Made by a program: the position numbers and the translations under genes
The notes under the pieces: generated by a model
Database searches by the model: none
What the model was told of the DNA's origin: nothing
The model's input: the letters and a program-made list of their open reading frames with translations, nothing else
DNA from: Ostreococcus lucimarinus
Taxonomy: Eukaryota
Direction: 5' to 3' (one strand)
Assembly: GCA_000092065.1 (NCBI GenBank)
Contig: CP000583.1
DNA length: 64,000 nucleotides
Part shown: positions 10,782 to 20,210 of the stretch, piece after piece
Position numbering within the stretch: the stretch's first letter is position 1
Layout of the letters: every line of letters starts with the position of its first letter

Positions 10782-12263
10782 ATGGCGACCGCCGTGCTGT
10801 CGTCCATGGACGTCGACGCGCGACCGCAAACGGGTCTGCGCGCGTATTACGACGCGAAAATCGAAGAGTTGGAGGTTCGCCTGCGCGACAAGACGCAGAA
10901 TCTTCGACGCTTAGAGGCGCAGAGAAATGAATTGAACGGACGAGGTGCGCGGAGCGCGCGTGAGAAGGGCGTCGTCGTCGTCGATCGCGCGAGCGCGGTG
11001 CGCGAACGGACGCGAAAGCGTGATGAGAGGAACGATCGAGGCGAGATCGCGAACGACGCGCGAACGACGAGCGAAGACTGACTTTGAATTTCGTTCGGTT
11101 TACCGCGCGCGCGCAGTTCGATCGCTTCGCGAGGAATTGCACATGTTGCAGGAACCCGGATCGTACGTCGGGGAGGTGGTGAAGGTGATGGGGAAGAAGA
11201 AAGTGTTGGTCAAGGTGAGCGGACGACTCGCCCGCGCGGCGCGCCGAGCGCGCGGAGACGGCGAGAGAGGAAAGAATACTGACAGTTTGTGTTTCGCGCG
11301 CAGGTGCACCCGGAGGGAAAATACGTGTGTGATATGGACAAGAGCATCGATGTGACGAAACTGACGGCGGGGACTCGGGTGGCGTTGAGGAACGATTCGT
11401 ACACGCTGCACGTGATCCTTCCGTCGAACATCGACCCGCTCGTGTCGCTCATGAAGGTTGAAAAGGTTCCCGATTCCACGTTCGATATGATTGGTGGATT
11501 GGATCAGCAAGTGAAGGAGATCAAGGAAGTCGTGGAGTTACCGATCAAGCACCCAGAGCTTTTCGACGCGCTCGGGATCGCGCAACCGAAGGGGGTCATC
11601 CTTTACGGTCCCCCGGGTACCGGGAAGACGCTCTTGGCTCGTGCCGTTGCGCACCACACCGATTGCTGCTTCATTCGCGTGTCTGGTTCGGAATTAGTTC
11701 AAAAGTACATAGGAGAAGGGGCGCGGATGGTTCGTGAACTGTTCGTCATGGCTCGCGAGCACGCGCCGAGCATCTTGTTCATGGATGAAGTAGATTCTAT
11801 CGGTAGCGCTCGCGACGGAGGCGGCGGAGGTGGAGGCGACAGCGAAGTGCAGCGTACGATGCTTGAACTGCTCAACCAGCTCGACGGTTTCGAGGCGACG
11901 AACAAGATTAAGGTGATCATGGCCACGAACCGCCTCGATATCCTCGATCAGGCGCTTCTTCGTCCGGGCCGCATCGATCGTAAAATCGAGTTCCCCAATC
12001 CATCTGAAGACAGCCGCGTCGATATTCTCAAGATTCATAGCCGCAAGATGAACCTCGTTCGCGGGATCGATCTTAAGAAGATCGCGAGCAAGATGGGTGG
12101 GGCTTCCGGGGCAGAATCCAAGGCGGTGTGCACCGAGGCCGGAATGTTCGCGCTTCGCGAACGTCGCGTCCACGTCACGCAAGAAGACTTTGAAATGGCC
12201 GTATCCAAGGTGATGCAAAAGGATAGCGAAAAGAACATTTCCGTGAAAAAGCTCTTTTCGTAA
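10782..12263 (+). CDS. RPT6: 26S proteasome regulatory AAA-ATPase subunit RPT6, three exons (10782-10939, 11117-11214, 11304-12263)
   Basis: Near-identical to eukaryotic RPT6 across Walker A 'GPPGTGKT', 'FMDEVDSIG', and '[22 protein letters not shown]'. Intron 1 (10940-11116) has donor g|gtgcgc, branch gactgac and acceptor cag. Intron 2 (11215-11303) has donor aag|gtgagc, branch tactgac and acceptor cag. The spliced product restores the conserved '[15 protein letters not shown]' and 'KVLVKVHPEG'. Confidence 0.9.
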
Positions 12264-12330
12264 AGATTTACGTACTTAGCGATTGTAAGACGAGAGAAAC
12301 GTCGAGTGTTAAAAATTTATAACAACTTTT

Positions 12331-13980
12331 TTAAGCGATGGACGTCTGATAGGCTTCCCAACCAGCCGCGCGGTACTCCTTCGCGGCGGCGGCAGGGTCG
12401 GATGCCTTGTAAATGCCGCGACCGACGATGATAACATCGCTTCCGTTTTCCACGATAACATTATGCGGGGTGTTGTACTGCTGGCCCATGGCGTCGCCGC
12501 CCACCTGAAGTTGCACTCCCGGAGTCATGTTGATGAGACCCTTGCTCCACTCCGCCTTCCACGCCTTCGGGTTGGTGGAGATGAAACCCATGACAAAGTC
12601 GGGGTGTTGGGCAGCCATACCGATCGCGGCTTCGGTGTACTCACCCTTGGCCATCGTGCCCTTGGAGCTCATCTCCGCGAGAAGGAGCAAACCGCGACCC
12701 TTGGAAAGACCGACGGACTTCAAGCCGTCGATGATGCCGCTCCCCGGGACGATGTGCGCGTTCGTGATGTGACTCCAGTCCGCAATCTTATGCACACCGC
12801 TGCTGTACTGCCCGACCACGGTGTTACCGATGTCGGCAAACTTGCGATCTTCGAAAATCATAAAGTTGTGCTTTTCCGCAATGGCCATCAGTTGGGCGCC
12901 GAAGGACTCGGTGAAGTCAGGGTAGAGGTCGCAGTGCGTCTTGAGCATGCAGATTTCCGGACCGAGAATTTCAGCCATCTCCAAAAGTTCCTTCGCCGTG
13001 TCCACGTCGGCGGCGACGCACAAGTTGGTCTTCTTCGTCTCCATCAACTTGAACAACTGCTTGGCGCACGCGTTATCGGTGAGCTCAGAGCGAGCCGTGT
13101 AAGACATTCGCGTCGGTTTCTTGACTTCGGCGCCGGCGACGGGCATGGTTTGATTCGCCGCGATGAAATCCTTTACGTTCTGCACGAGTTCGGAGCTGCG
13201 AAAGAAATTAAAACAAAACAGTCAGTCATCCGTCGCGACGAGAAATCACCCGCCGGCGCGGCGGCACTCGCGTGTCGGTGCATATCCACCTCGACGACTC
13301 ATAGAAGAGAACCGTCGAGGGAAAGGGTTACGGAGCTACCGGAATTCAATATTGCGTGCATGAAAATTCGAAAACGCGTGTGATTTCGCGCAGACGAGAA
13401 GACTGAAGCACGCCCGCGCTAGCGAACGTTTCGACGCGCTCGCGCACCTCATTTTACCGGCCGCTTCCAACGTCTTCAAGACGCGAGATAACGGCAAGAC
13501 GGAGTGCAAGCGAAGCCCGTGCGAGGCTAAGCGCGCCTCCCCTCCCTGTTCACGATCGATCAACACCACAACGTCCTTCACCTTCAGCCCCACGCTCTCG
13601 AGCGGTTCCACCGTCTCCATCACCGACGCCCCGCTCGTGACCAAATCCTCCACGCACAGGCACGTTTGTCCCGCCTCAAACGCCCCCTCGATCTGTTTCT
13701 TCGTCCCATACGCCTTCACTTCTTTCCGTCGCATCAACATCGGGCAATCATGCGCCAACGACATGCACGTCGCGATCGGCAGCGCCGTATACGGCACCCC
13801 GCACATGTTATCAAACGTCGCCCCGTTCGCCTTCAGCGTCTCCCACATGCACTCCGCCACCGCCGTCAGCACGTCCGGGTAGCTCACGATCACGCGAAGA
13901 TCGACGTATATCGGCGACATGATCCCAGATTTCAGTTTAAACTCCCCAAACTTCACCGCTTCGATCTCGTGCAGCCGCAT
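12331..13980 (-). CDS. UMPS: Bifunctional UMP synthase (orotate phosphoribosyltransferase + OMP decarboxylase), two exons (13980-13448, 13195-12331)
   Basis: N-terminal OPRTase ('[20 protein letters not shown]', PRPP motif '[11 protein letters not shown]'). C-terminal OMP decarboxylase ('LCVAADV', 'KTHCDL', '[13 protein letters not shown]'). Intron 13447-13196 has donor ag|gtgcgcg, pyrimidine tract 'ttttgttttaatttctttcgcag' and is in phase. Confidence 0.85.
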
Positions 13981-14539
13981 GACGAGCGCTGCGCATCGGT
14001 TTGAAATCGCCGTCGCCCGTCAGTCATCCCATCGTCGTCCGTCGTCCGCGTCGCTTCGTCCGCGCGTTCGGTCCACTCGCGCATCGCGCGCGACGTCGCG
14101 CGCACCGTCGATCTTGGCGTCCATGGCGACCTCGTCGCGTCGTCGCGCGGCGCGATGTGGCGCGGCGTCGCGCCGTCGCCGTGTGCGCCTCCATTGATGG
14201 CGTTAAAACCACGCTTCGTACGCGCGCGTCCTCGCACGATGGATCGTTTTAAAGCCATCACGCGGCGTCGCGCGCGCGCCACAACCCTCGCGGCGCGCGA
14301 CGTCGCACGCGTCGGCACCACACGACGCACGCCCGCGCGCGCCGCGACGCGAATCATGTTCGCCACGCACACGTCCCAAATTTCTGCGCTTCGCGCCGCG
14401 CCCGCGAAGACGCGCGCGACGGTGCGTCGCGAAGAACGCGCGACGACGCGAGGCGACGACGAAACCCTGAATGACGTCGCGACGCGAACGCGCTCGGAGG
14501 GGCGCGCGACGCGCGCGATGGGGCGCGAACGCGCGATGA

Positions 14540-15167
14540 ATGACTGACGCAATTTTTATTCGATGTGGTTTTCGATCGACGCAGACGAAGGCTCGCGCGG
14601 CGACGGCGCAAGCGGTGCGTGAGACGATGCGACGTGACCCTGATTTCGCGATGGGGGCGACGACGCGCGCGAGGCCTCGCGCGTGTGAACGGCGGCGCGC
14701 GCGCGTCGCGCGCCGGTGGTGCGCGCGTGGATTTATTCTAAACCGTTCGGTTCGCGGTCTGCGCGCGAACGCGCGATGGCGCGGGCGAGGAGGCGCAGGC
14801 GATGATGGGTGGGACAAAGGATGGTGACTGACTGAGCGTTCGCGTACGACAGGCCGCGGTGCAAGCGTCCAAGATTCGCATTCGCCTTCGATCTTTCGAG
14901 ACGAACCACATGCAGAGCGCGTGTGATAAGATTCTTGAGGCGGCGAAGGCGACGGAGGCGCGCGTCTCCGGACCGGTGCCGCTCCCGACGAAGCGCCGCA
15001 TCTTTTGCGTGTTGCGCTCGCCGCACGTGAACAAGGACAGCCGGGAACACTTTGAGACGCGCACGCACCACCGATTGATTGATGTTCATCAGCCGACGGC
15101 GCAAACTATTGATGCGCTCATGGCGCTTGAGCTTCCGTCCGGGGTTGACGTGGAAATCAAGCTCTAG
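14540..15167 (+). CDS. Organelle-type (bacterial-like) ribosomal protein uS10, predicted two exons (14540-14614, 14853-15167)
   Basis: Exon 2 '[13 protein letters not shown]...[43 protein letters not shown]...[17 protein letters not shown]' is collinear with bacterial S10. Exon 1 is a 25-aa presequence joined through donor gcg|gtgcgtgag, branch gactgactga (14827) and acceptor cag (14850-14852) with phase 0. The exon 1 model is tentative. Confidence 0.65.
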
Positions 15168-15373
15168 ACGCGAGACGATTATTTCATTTTCAGGATAGGG
15201 CGAGGTGTCGCGACGCGAGGGAAGTCGTCGCGGCGGAGTGTTTAGAGGGAGTGCGGCGGCGCCGTGCTTTGTAATCCAGACTAGTCTGCATTAACAAACA
15301 ATCATAAATAAATCCCGCGCTCTCGCGACGCGGGATTCATCGCTAAATTAGCTAGAGCGCGACGGATTCGCGA

Positions 15374-16420
15374 TCAAAAGTCGTCGTCGTCGAATTCGCC
15401 GCTCGTCACCATGTCGTGGTCGCCGTCCATTTGCGCGTCGTGATGATCGCGCTCGGCGCCCTCGTAGGGCGTTTTCGCCTCCTCCACGATGGCGAGGATC
15501 TCTTCTATGGACATCGTGCTCGTCGGGCTGGCGTTCGTGGGATTCGCCGCGATAGCGTCGTCGACGAGTTCGATCGGCAAATCGATGAGAAACCAAGGAT
15601 GGGCTTTGATTCCAGCGATGTCGATGCGCTTCGCGGCGTCCACGACAAAAATACGCTGAATCAAGTCCAAACACCCCGCGCTGAGCTCGACTCCGGGAGG
15701 AATGGCGTAATCGCAGCTCCGAATCTTTAAAATCGTGCTTCGGAAATCTCGCGGTTTGCGTCGATCCTCAAACGGGTACTTACCGCACAGCATCACGAAC
15801 AGCGTCACCCCGCACGACCAAACGTCCGCAGTCTTACCATCGTACGGTTTCCGTTCCAACACTTCCGGGGCGATGTACGCCGGCGTCCCCACCGTGCTCT
15901 TCGGATCGCTATCGATGAACGCGTTCTTCGAGTATCCGAAATCGCAAATTTTCAACCGCGGCACCGCGTCGCCGTCCAGCAGCGTGTTCTCCAATTTCAA
16001 GTCCCTGTGCGCCACGCCCTTGGCGTGACAGTGCGCCACCCCCGAAATCAACTGCTGAAAGAAGTACCTCGCCTCCGCCTCGCAAAATTTCCCCTTTTTC
16101 AAAATCCTATCGAACAGCTCCCCCCCGCTCGCGTACTCCATCGCGATGGCCAGATGCGTCTTCGTCAGCACCACCTCGATGAATCGCACCACGTTCCCGT
16201 GCGTCAGCAGCCTGTGGTTCACCAGCTCCCGCTTCACGTTCTCGTCGATCCTCGCCCCTCGCTCGATGTACTTTATCGCCACCAGCTCGTTCGTCCGCTT
16301 GCTTCGCATCAGTTTCGCCGTGCCAAAGTTTCCGCATCCGAGCACGCGCGCGCGCGACGACGGTCCATCGGGCGGCGCGTACAGATCGCTCAGCTCTCGC
16401 GCGAGCGCGCGGTGCGCCAT
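15374..16420 (-). CDS. SnRK2-family Ser/Thr protein kinase
   Basis: '[13 protein letters not shown]', '[11 protein letters not shown]', '[15 protein letters not shown]', '[13 protein letters not shown]' and 'YPFED' are diagnostic for SnRK2. Acidic C-terminal tail. Confidence 0.85.
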   Translation of the reverse strand: MAHRALARELSDLYAPPDGPSSRARVLGCGNFGTAKLMRSKRTNELVAIKYIERGARIDENVKRELVNHRLLTHGNVVRFIEVVLTKTHLAIAMEYASGGELFDRILKKGKFCEAEARYFFQQLISGVAHCHAKGVAHRDLKLENTLLDGDAVPRLKICDFGYSKNAFIDSDPKSTVGTPAYIAPEVLERKPYDGKTADVWSCGVTLFVMLCGKYPFEDRRKPRDFRSTILKIRSCDYAIPPGVELSAGCLDLIQRIFVVDAAKRIDIAGIKAHPWFLIDLPIELVDDAIAANPTNASPTSTMSIEEILAIVEEAKTPYEGAERDHHDAQMDGDHDMVTSGEFDDDDF

Positions 16421-16912
16421 CGCGCGATCCGCGCGCGCCGTCCTCTGTCGCCGCGCCGCCGCGCGCGCCACCGCGCGCCGCGCGCGCGCGCCCGTAACAA
16501 AACACACGGACCGCGAACCGCCGCGCCGTACACCCGCGCCCTCGCATCGTATGCGCAAACAGTCACGCGTCGACGCGTGTGCTCGACATAAATCGTTCCC
16601 CCGTCCGCATACGCATACGGACGCGCGCGAGCGGTATCATCGGCGTCGAAGGTTCGCGCCGTCGCGCGAAGGTTCGCGCGGCGTCGGCGCCGAACGCGCG
16701 ACGCGCGCGGGTCAACGCGCCGCACACGTCGACGACACCGCGCGTCGACGCGACCGCGAGGAAGCGTCGAAGCGCGAGGAAACGCGACTCGCGAGACGCG
16801 CGCGACCGGCGAGAGACGCGCGCGACGACGCACGGCGCGAGAATCGCGGGATCTGCGGCGCGATTGGCGATCGAATCGGATCGAATCTCGAGCGACGACG
16901 CACGGCGCGACG

Positions 16913-18154
16913 ATGGCGGGATGCGCGAAGATGACGGTGGCGGTGCTGAAGGAGGAACTGAAGAAGCGCGGATTGGACGCGACGGGGCTGAAGGCGGCGC
17001 TCGTGGCGCGATTGGAGGAAGCGATGGCGGGCGAGGACGACGGGGCGGCGGCTGAGGCGGCGGCGCCGGAGGAGGAAGAGGCGAAGGAAGAGCCGAAGGA
17101 AGAGGCTGGGGAGGAAGAGGACGTGCGAGCGAAGGCGGAGGAAATGGCGGAGAAGGCCATGGCGGAGCACGCGGCGAGCGAGAAGAAACGCGAGCGATCT
17201 CCCGAACAAGACGACGCGCCTCCGGAGGCGAAGAGCGCGAAGTCGGACGGCGAACACGCCGCGGCGCCGAGCTCGGCGCAGGGTGGCCTGACCAAGGATG
17301 GGCAAAATCTCGCCACGTATGAGATGCCGGACGGTCAAGTGCGCAAGGACGTGCCGACGCAAGGCAACGAAGGGCGCATCATCGGTCGCGGCGGCTCAAA
17401 GATTCGTGAATTACAAGACATGTTCCGAACGCGCATCACCATGAACCGACCGGCGGGTTTGGCTGAAGTTGTCGGTATGTTGGATCACGTGAACGATTGC
17501 TGCGACGAAATCACTCGTATTGTCGAGGACGGTAACGTCCGCGAAGCTGCCGAGCGCGCGGGTCAGCCCGTCCCGGGCGGCGCCTATAGCTCGTACGGTG
17601 GCGGCGGCTTCGGCGGCGGCGGCGGCGGCTTCGGCGGCGGCGGCTTCGGCGGTGGCGGCGGCGGCGGCGGCGGCGGTCCTTTCAGCGGCCATATGGAACG
17701 CGTCCCGTGCGAAGGTCAAGAGGGGCGCATCATCGGCCGCGGCGGGGAAAATATTCGTCGCGTCGAGTCCCAAACCGGCACTCGCATCAAGATGAACCGC
17801 GTCGACAACGTCGCCGAAGTGTACGGTACCCCGGCGCAGTGCACCGAAGCCGTGCGCATGATCCAAGAGTACATTCACACCGCGCCGAACCGCGGTGGTG
17901 GTGGCTTTGGCGGCGGCGGGTTTGGTCAACAAGGCGGCTACGGCGGCGGGTACCAGCAGCAAAGCTTCGGCCAGCAAGCCGGCTACGGCGGCGGATACCA
18001 GCAGCAAGCCGGCTACGGCCAACCGGCGTACGGCGCCCCGGCGGGCGGTGCGCCGCTCCCGCACGGCTGGGAGGAAGTCAACCCGGGTAACGGTGGGCCA
18101 GTGTATTATTGGGACACGGTTTCGAACACAACGACCTACACTCGCCCGACGTGA
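16913..18154 (+). CDS. SAP - 2xKH - WW domain RNA-binding protein with Gly-rich linkers
   Basis: SAP 'VAVLKEELKKRGLDATGLKAALVARLEE'. KH cores 'IIGRGGSKIRELQ' and 'IIGRGGENIRRVE'. C-terminal WW 'LPHGWEEVNPGNGGPVYYWDTVSNTTTYTRPT'. GGFGGGG repeats. Confidence 0.75.
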   Translation: MAGCAKMTVAVLKEELKKRGLDATGLKAALVARLEEAMAGEDDGAAAEAAAPEEEEAKEEPKEEAGEEEDVRAKAEEMAEKAMAEHAASEKKRERSPEQDDAPPEAKSAKSDGEHAAAPSSAQGGLTKDGQNLATYEMPDGQVRKDVPTQGNEGRIIGRGGSKIRELQDMFRTRITMNRPAGLAEVVGMLDHVNDCCDEITRIVEDGNVREAAERAGQPVPGGAYSSYGGGGFGGGGGGFGGGGFGGGGGGGGGGPFSGHMERVPCEGQEGRIIGRGGENIRRVESQTGTRIKMNRVDNVAEVYGTPAQCTEAVRMIQEYIHTAPNRGGGGFGGGGFGQQGGYGGGYQQQSFGQQAGYGGGYQQQAGYGQPAYGAPAGGAPLPHGWEEVNPGNGGPVYYWDTVSNTTTYTRPT

Positions 18155-18313
18155 AGCGTTTACCAGCCCAGCCAGCCAACCGGTAGTTGCGACTTAGACA
18201 CGGCGGTTTCTACACAAAGGAATCATCTTACGTTCTTCGTGCCTACACAAAACAATCTTACAGTCGTACCGAATCATCGTTGAAGCGATGTGAAGCGATC
18301 GCATTAATAAAAC

Positions 18314-19495
18314 TCAATCACTCTCGAGCACGTTCTCAAACTCTCGCGGCATCACGGTGCCGTTTCGACCCTTAAATTTCCCTAAAACTCCTCGCTTGCC
18401 GCCCGCCACGCTCTCCAACATTTCGCCGCTTCCAGTCGCGTCGACCCAAAACGCGCCCTCCACGAGTTTGTGCGGACTCCACTCGAAACCCGCGCGCTCG
18501 CCCACGGATTTCGTCGCCGTGACAAACTCTTCACGAGTCGGTCTCGGCTCACCCGTTCCTCGCTTCGTCGCGCTGAGAACGACGTTCACCGGCGACTCCA
18601 TGACGGGAAAGCTACACACCGGTCCGATCCACCGCTCGAGTCGCCGAGCAAAGTCCCGCACCGCCTCTCGGGCCGGTGACCCTCGCACACCGTTAAACAT
18701 ATTCAACACTAAGCTACCATCCGATTTGAGCGCCTCGCCGCACGTCTGAAGAAACGCGTCTTCGCTGAGATGACTCGGAATCTCGCCCGCGCCGTCGAAC
18801 GCGTCGACGAAGACGATATCCAAACCATCGCGCCGACGCAAAACGCTCGCGCAATCCCCCAACACCACTCGCATCATCGACGTTCCTTCACGGCTTCCAC
18901 TCTCGCTCTCGCGCGCGTCCACGAACCCTACTTTCAAGTGCTCCCTCGCCACGTCCGCGACCAAAGGATCGATCTCGCACACCTCGACGTCGCACGCCGC
19001 GAATTTCTTCTTCGCGAACGCCGGCGCCGCCCCCGATCCCAAGCCGACGTAAAACAGCCTTCCATTCGCGGTCACTAAATCCAGTCCCTTGCGCGCGCAC
19101 AGCCCGATCGACGCCGCCGTCATCACGCGCAGGTATTCGTACGGCAGCGCGTCGGCGTCGGCGCCCGCGTCGCCGACGTACGTCAGCCCTTGTTCCACCT
19201 CGTTGAACCGCAGCGAGCGCCAGGGTCCGAACGCCGCGACGCGCACGTTCCCGTTCATCGCGCTCGCGCGCTCGAACACCGTGCGCTCGTCGCGCGGGTC
19301 CCATTCCAAGTACGCGCGCTCCGACCTCGCAAAGTCCCCGCTCCATCGATTCAGCGCGCGTTCGGCGCGATCGAGGTCGATCCATCGCGCGCGCGCGCGC
19401 GCGGACGCGCGACGACGTCCGCACGATGGATCTCGCGCGTCGACGACGCGAACGAACGCGCGGTGCGCGCGCGGAAGCGCCGAGAGCGCGCGCAT
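18314..19495 (-). CDS. Spermidine/spermine-synthase-fold (PABS-like) methyltransferase-fold protein
   Basis: 'LFYVGLGSGAAPAF...CEIDPLV...IVFVDAFDGAG...GSLVLNMF' follows the PABS fold, but the canonical GGGDGG motif is replaced by GLGSGA. Confidence 0.6.
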   Translation of the reverse strand: MRALSALPRAHRAFVRVVDARDPSCGRRRASARARARWIDLDRAERALNRWSGDFARSERAYLEWDPRDERTVFERASAMNGNVRVAAFGPWRSLRFNEVEQGLTYVGDAGADADALPYEYLRVMTAASIGLCARKGLDLVTANGRLFYVGLGSGAAPAFAKKKFAACDVEVCEIDPLVADVAREHLKVGFVDARESESGSREGTSMMRVVLGDCASVLRRRDGLDIVFVDAFDGAGEIPSHLSEDAFLQTCGEALKSDGSLVLNMFNGVRGSPAREAVRDFARRLERWIGPVCSFPVMESPVNVVLSATKRGTGEPRPTREEFVTATKSVGERAGFEWSPHKLVEGAFWVDATGSGEMLESVAGGKRGVLGKFKGRNGTVMPREFENVLESD

Positions 19496-19660
19496 GGATG
19501 TGTCGAATTAACGGCATTAATGCGCGCGGCGTTCGCGCGACGCGCGGCGCTCCGCGTCGTCGCCGCGCGCGGTCGAGGGCGCGCGAATGAGGTCGGCGCG
19601 AAAATCACGGCGATCCCTCCTGACGAGCGCGAAAATCACGGCGGCGCGCGCGATCGACAG

Positions 19661-19914
19661 GCGTGGACGTGAGCATGAACACGCACCTGAAGCAGGTGAA
19701 GCTCACGCTCAAGGGTAAAAACCCGACGGCGGTCGAACACCTGAGCGTTCGAGGGAACACGATTCGGTATTACATCCTTCCGGACTCTTTGAATCTGGAC
19801 ACTTTGTTAGTAGACGACACGCCCAAGCAAGGGAAACCGCGCGCGAAGGCGGCGGCGAGCGCCGGTCGAGGGCGCGGTCGCGGTCGAGGGCGCGGGCGCG
19901 CGCGGCCGACGTAG
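19661..19914 (+). CDS. SNRPD1: Small nuclear ribonucleoprotein Sm D1, 3' exon only (Sm2 motif plus RG-repeat tail)
   Basis: '(G)[52 protein letters not shown]...[12 protein letters not shown]' is collinear with SmD1 residues 34 onward. Acceptor cag at 19658-19660 has branch cctgac at 19619. The upstream exon(s) encoding Sm1 were not found. Confidence 0.8.
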
Positions 19915-20210
19915 TCGGTCCGCCGTCGGCGTCCGAGCGCGTAGTATATAAAAAATGTCAGCAAATAAAGCGACGACACGCGCAACTGCTCCTTTGCGCG
20001 CGTCACTTGTTAGACCCGTCCCTTACCGACGGGGTTGTTTGTAGGACGCACATTTGCTTTCAAGAATCGCACGCGAATTGGCTTCAATCTCCTTCGGCCT
20101 AGGACTTCGAGGCCTCGGACCCCATCAGGTAGAGATACGCTTAGCAGTGGAACGCTGAACGCATCAGGCGGTGAGACAGTTAATTCATTCTGAATTACTA
20201 AATTTCCGCG

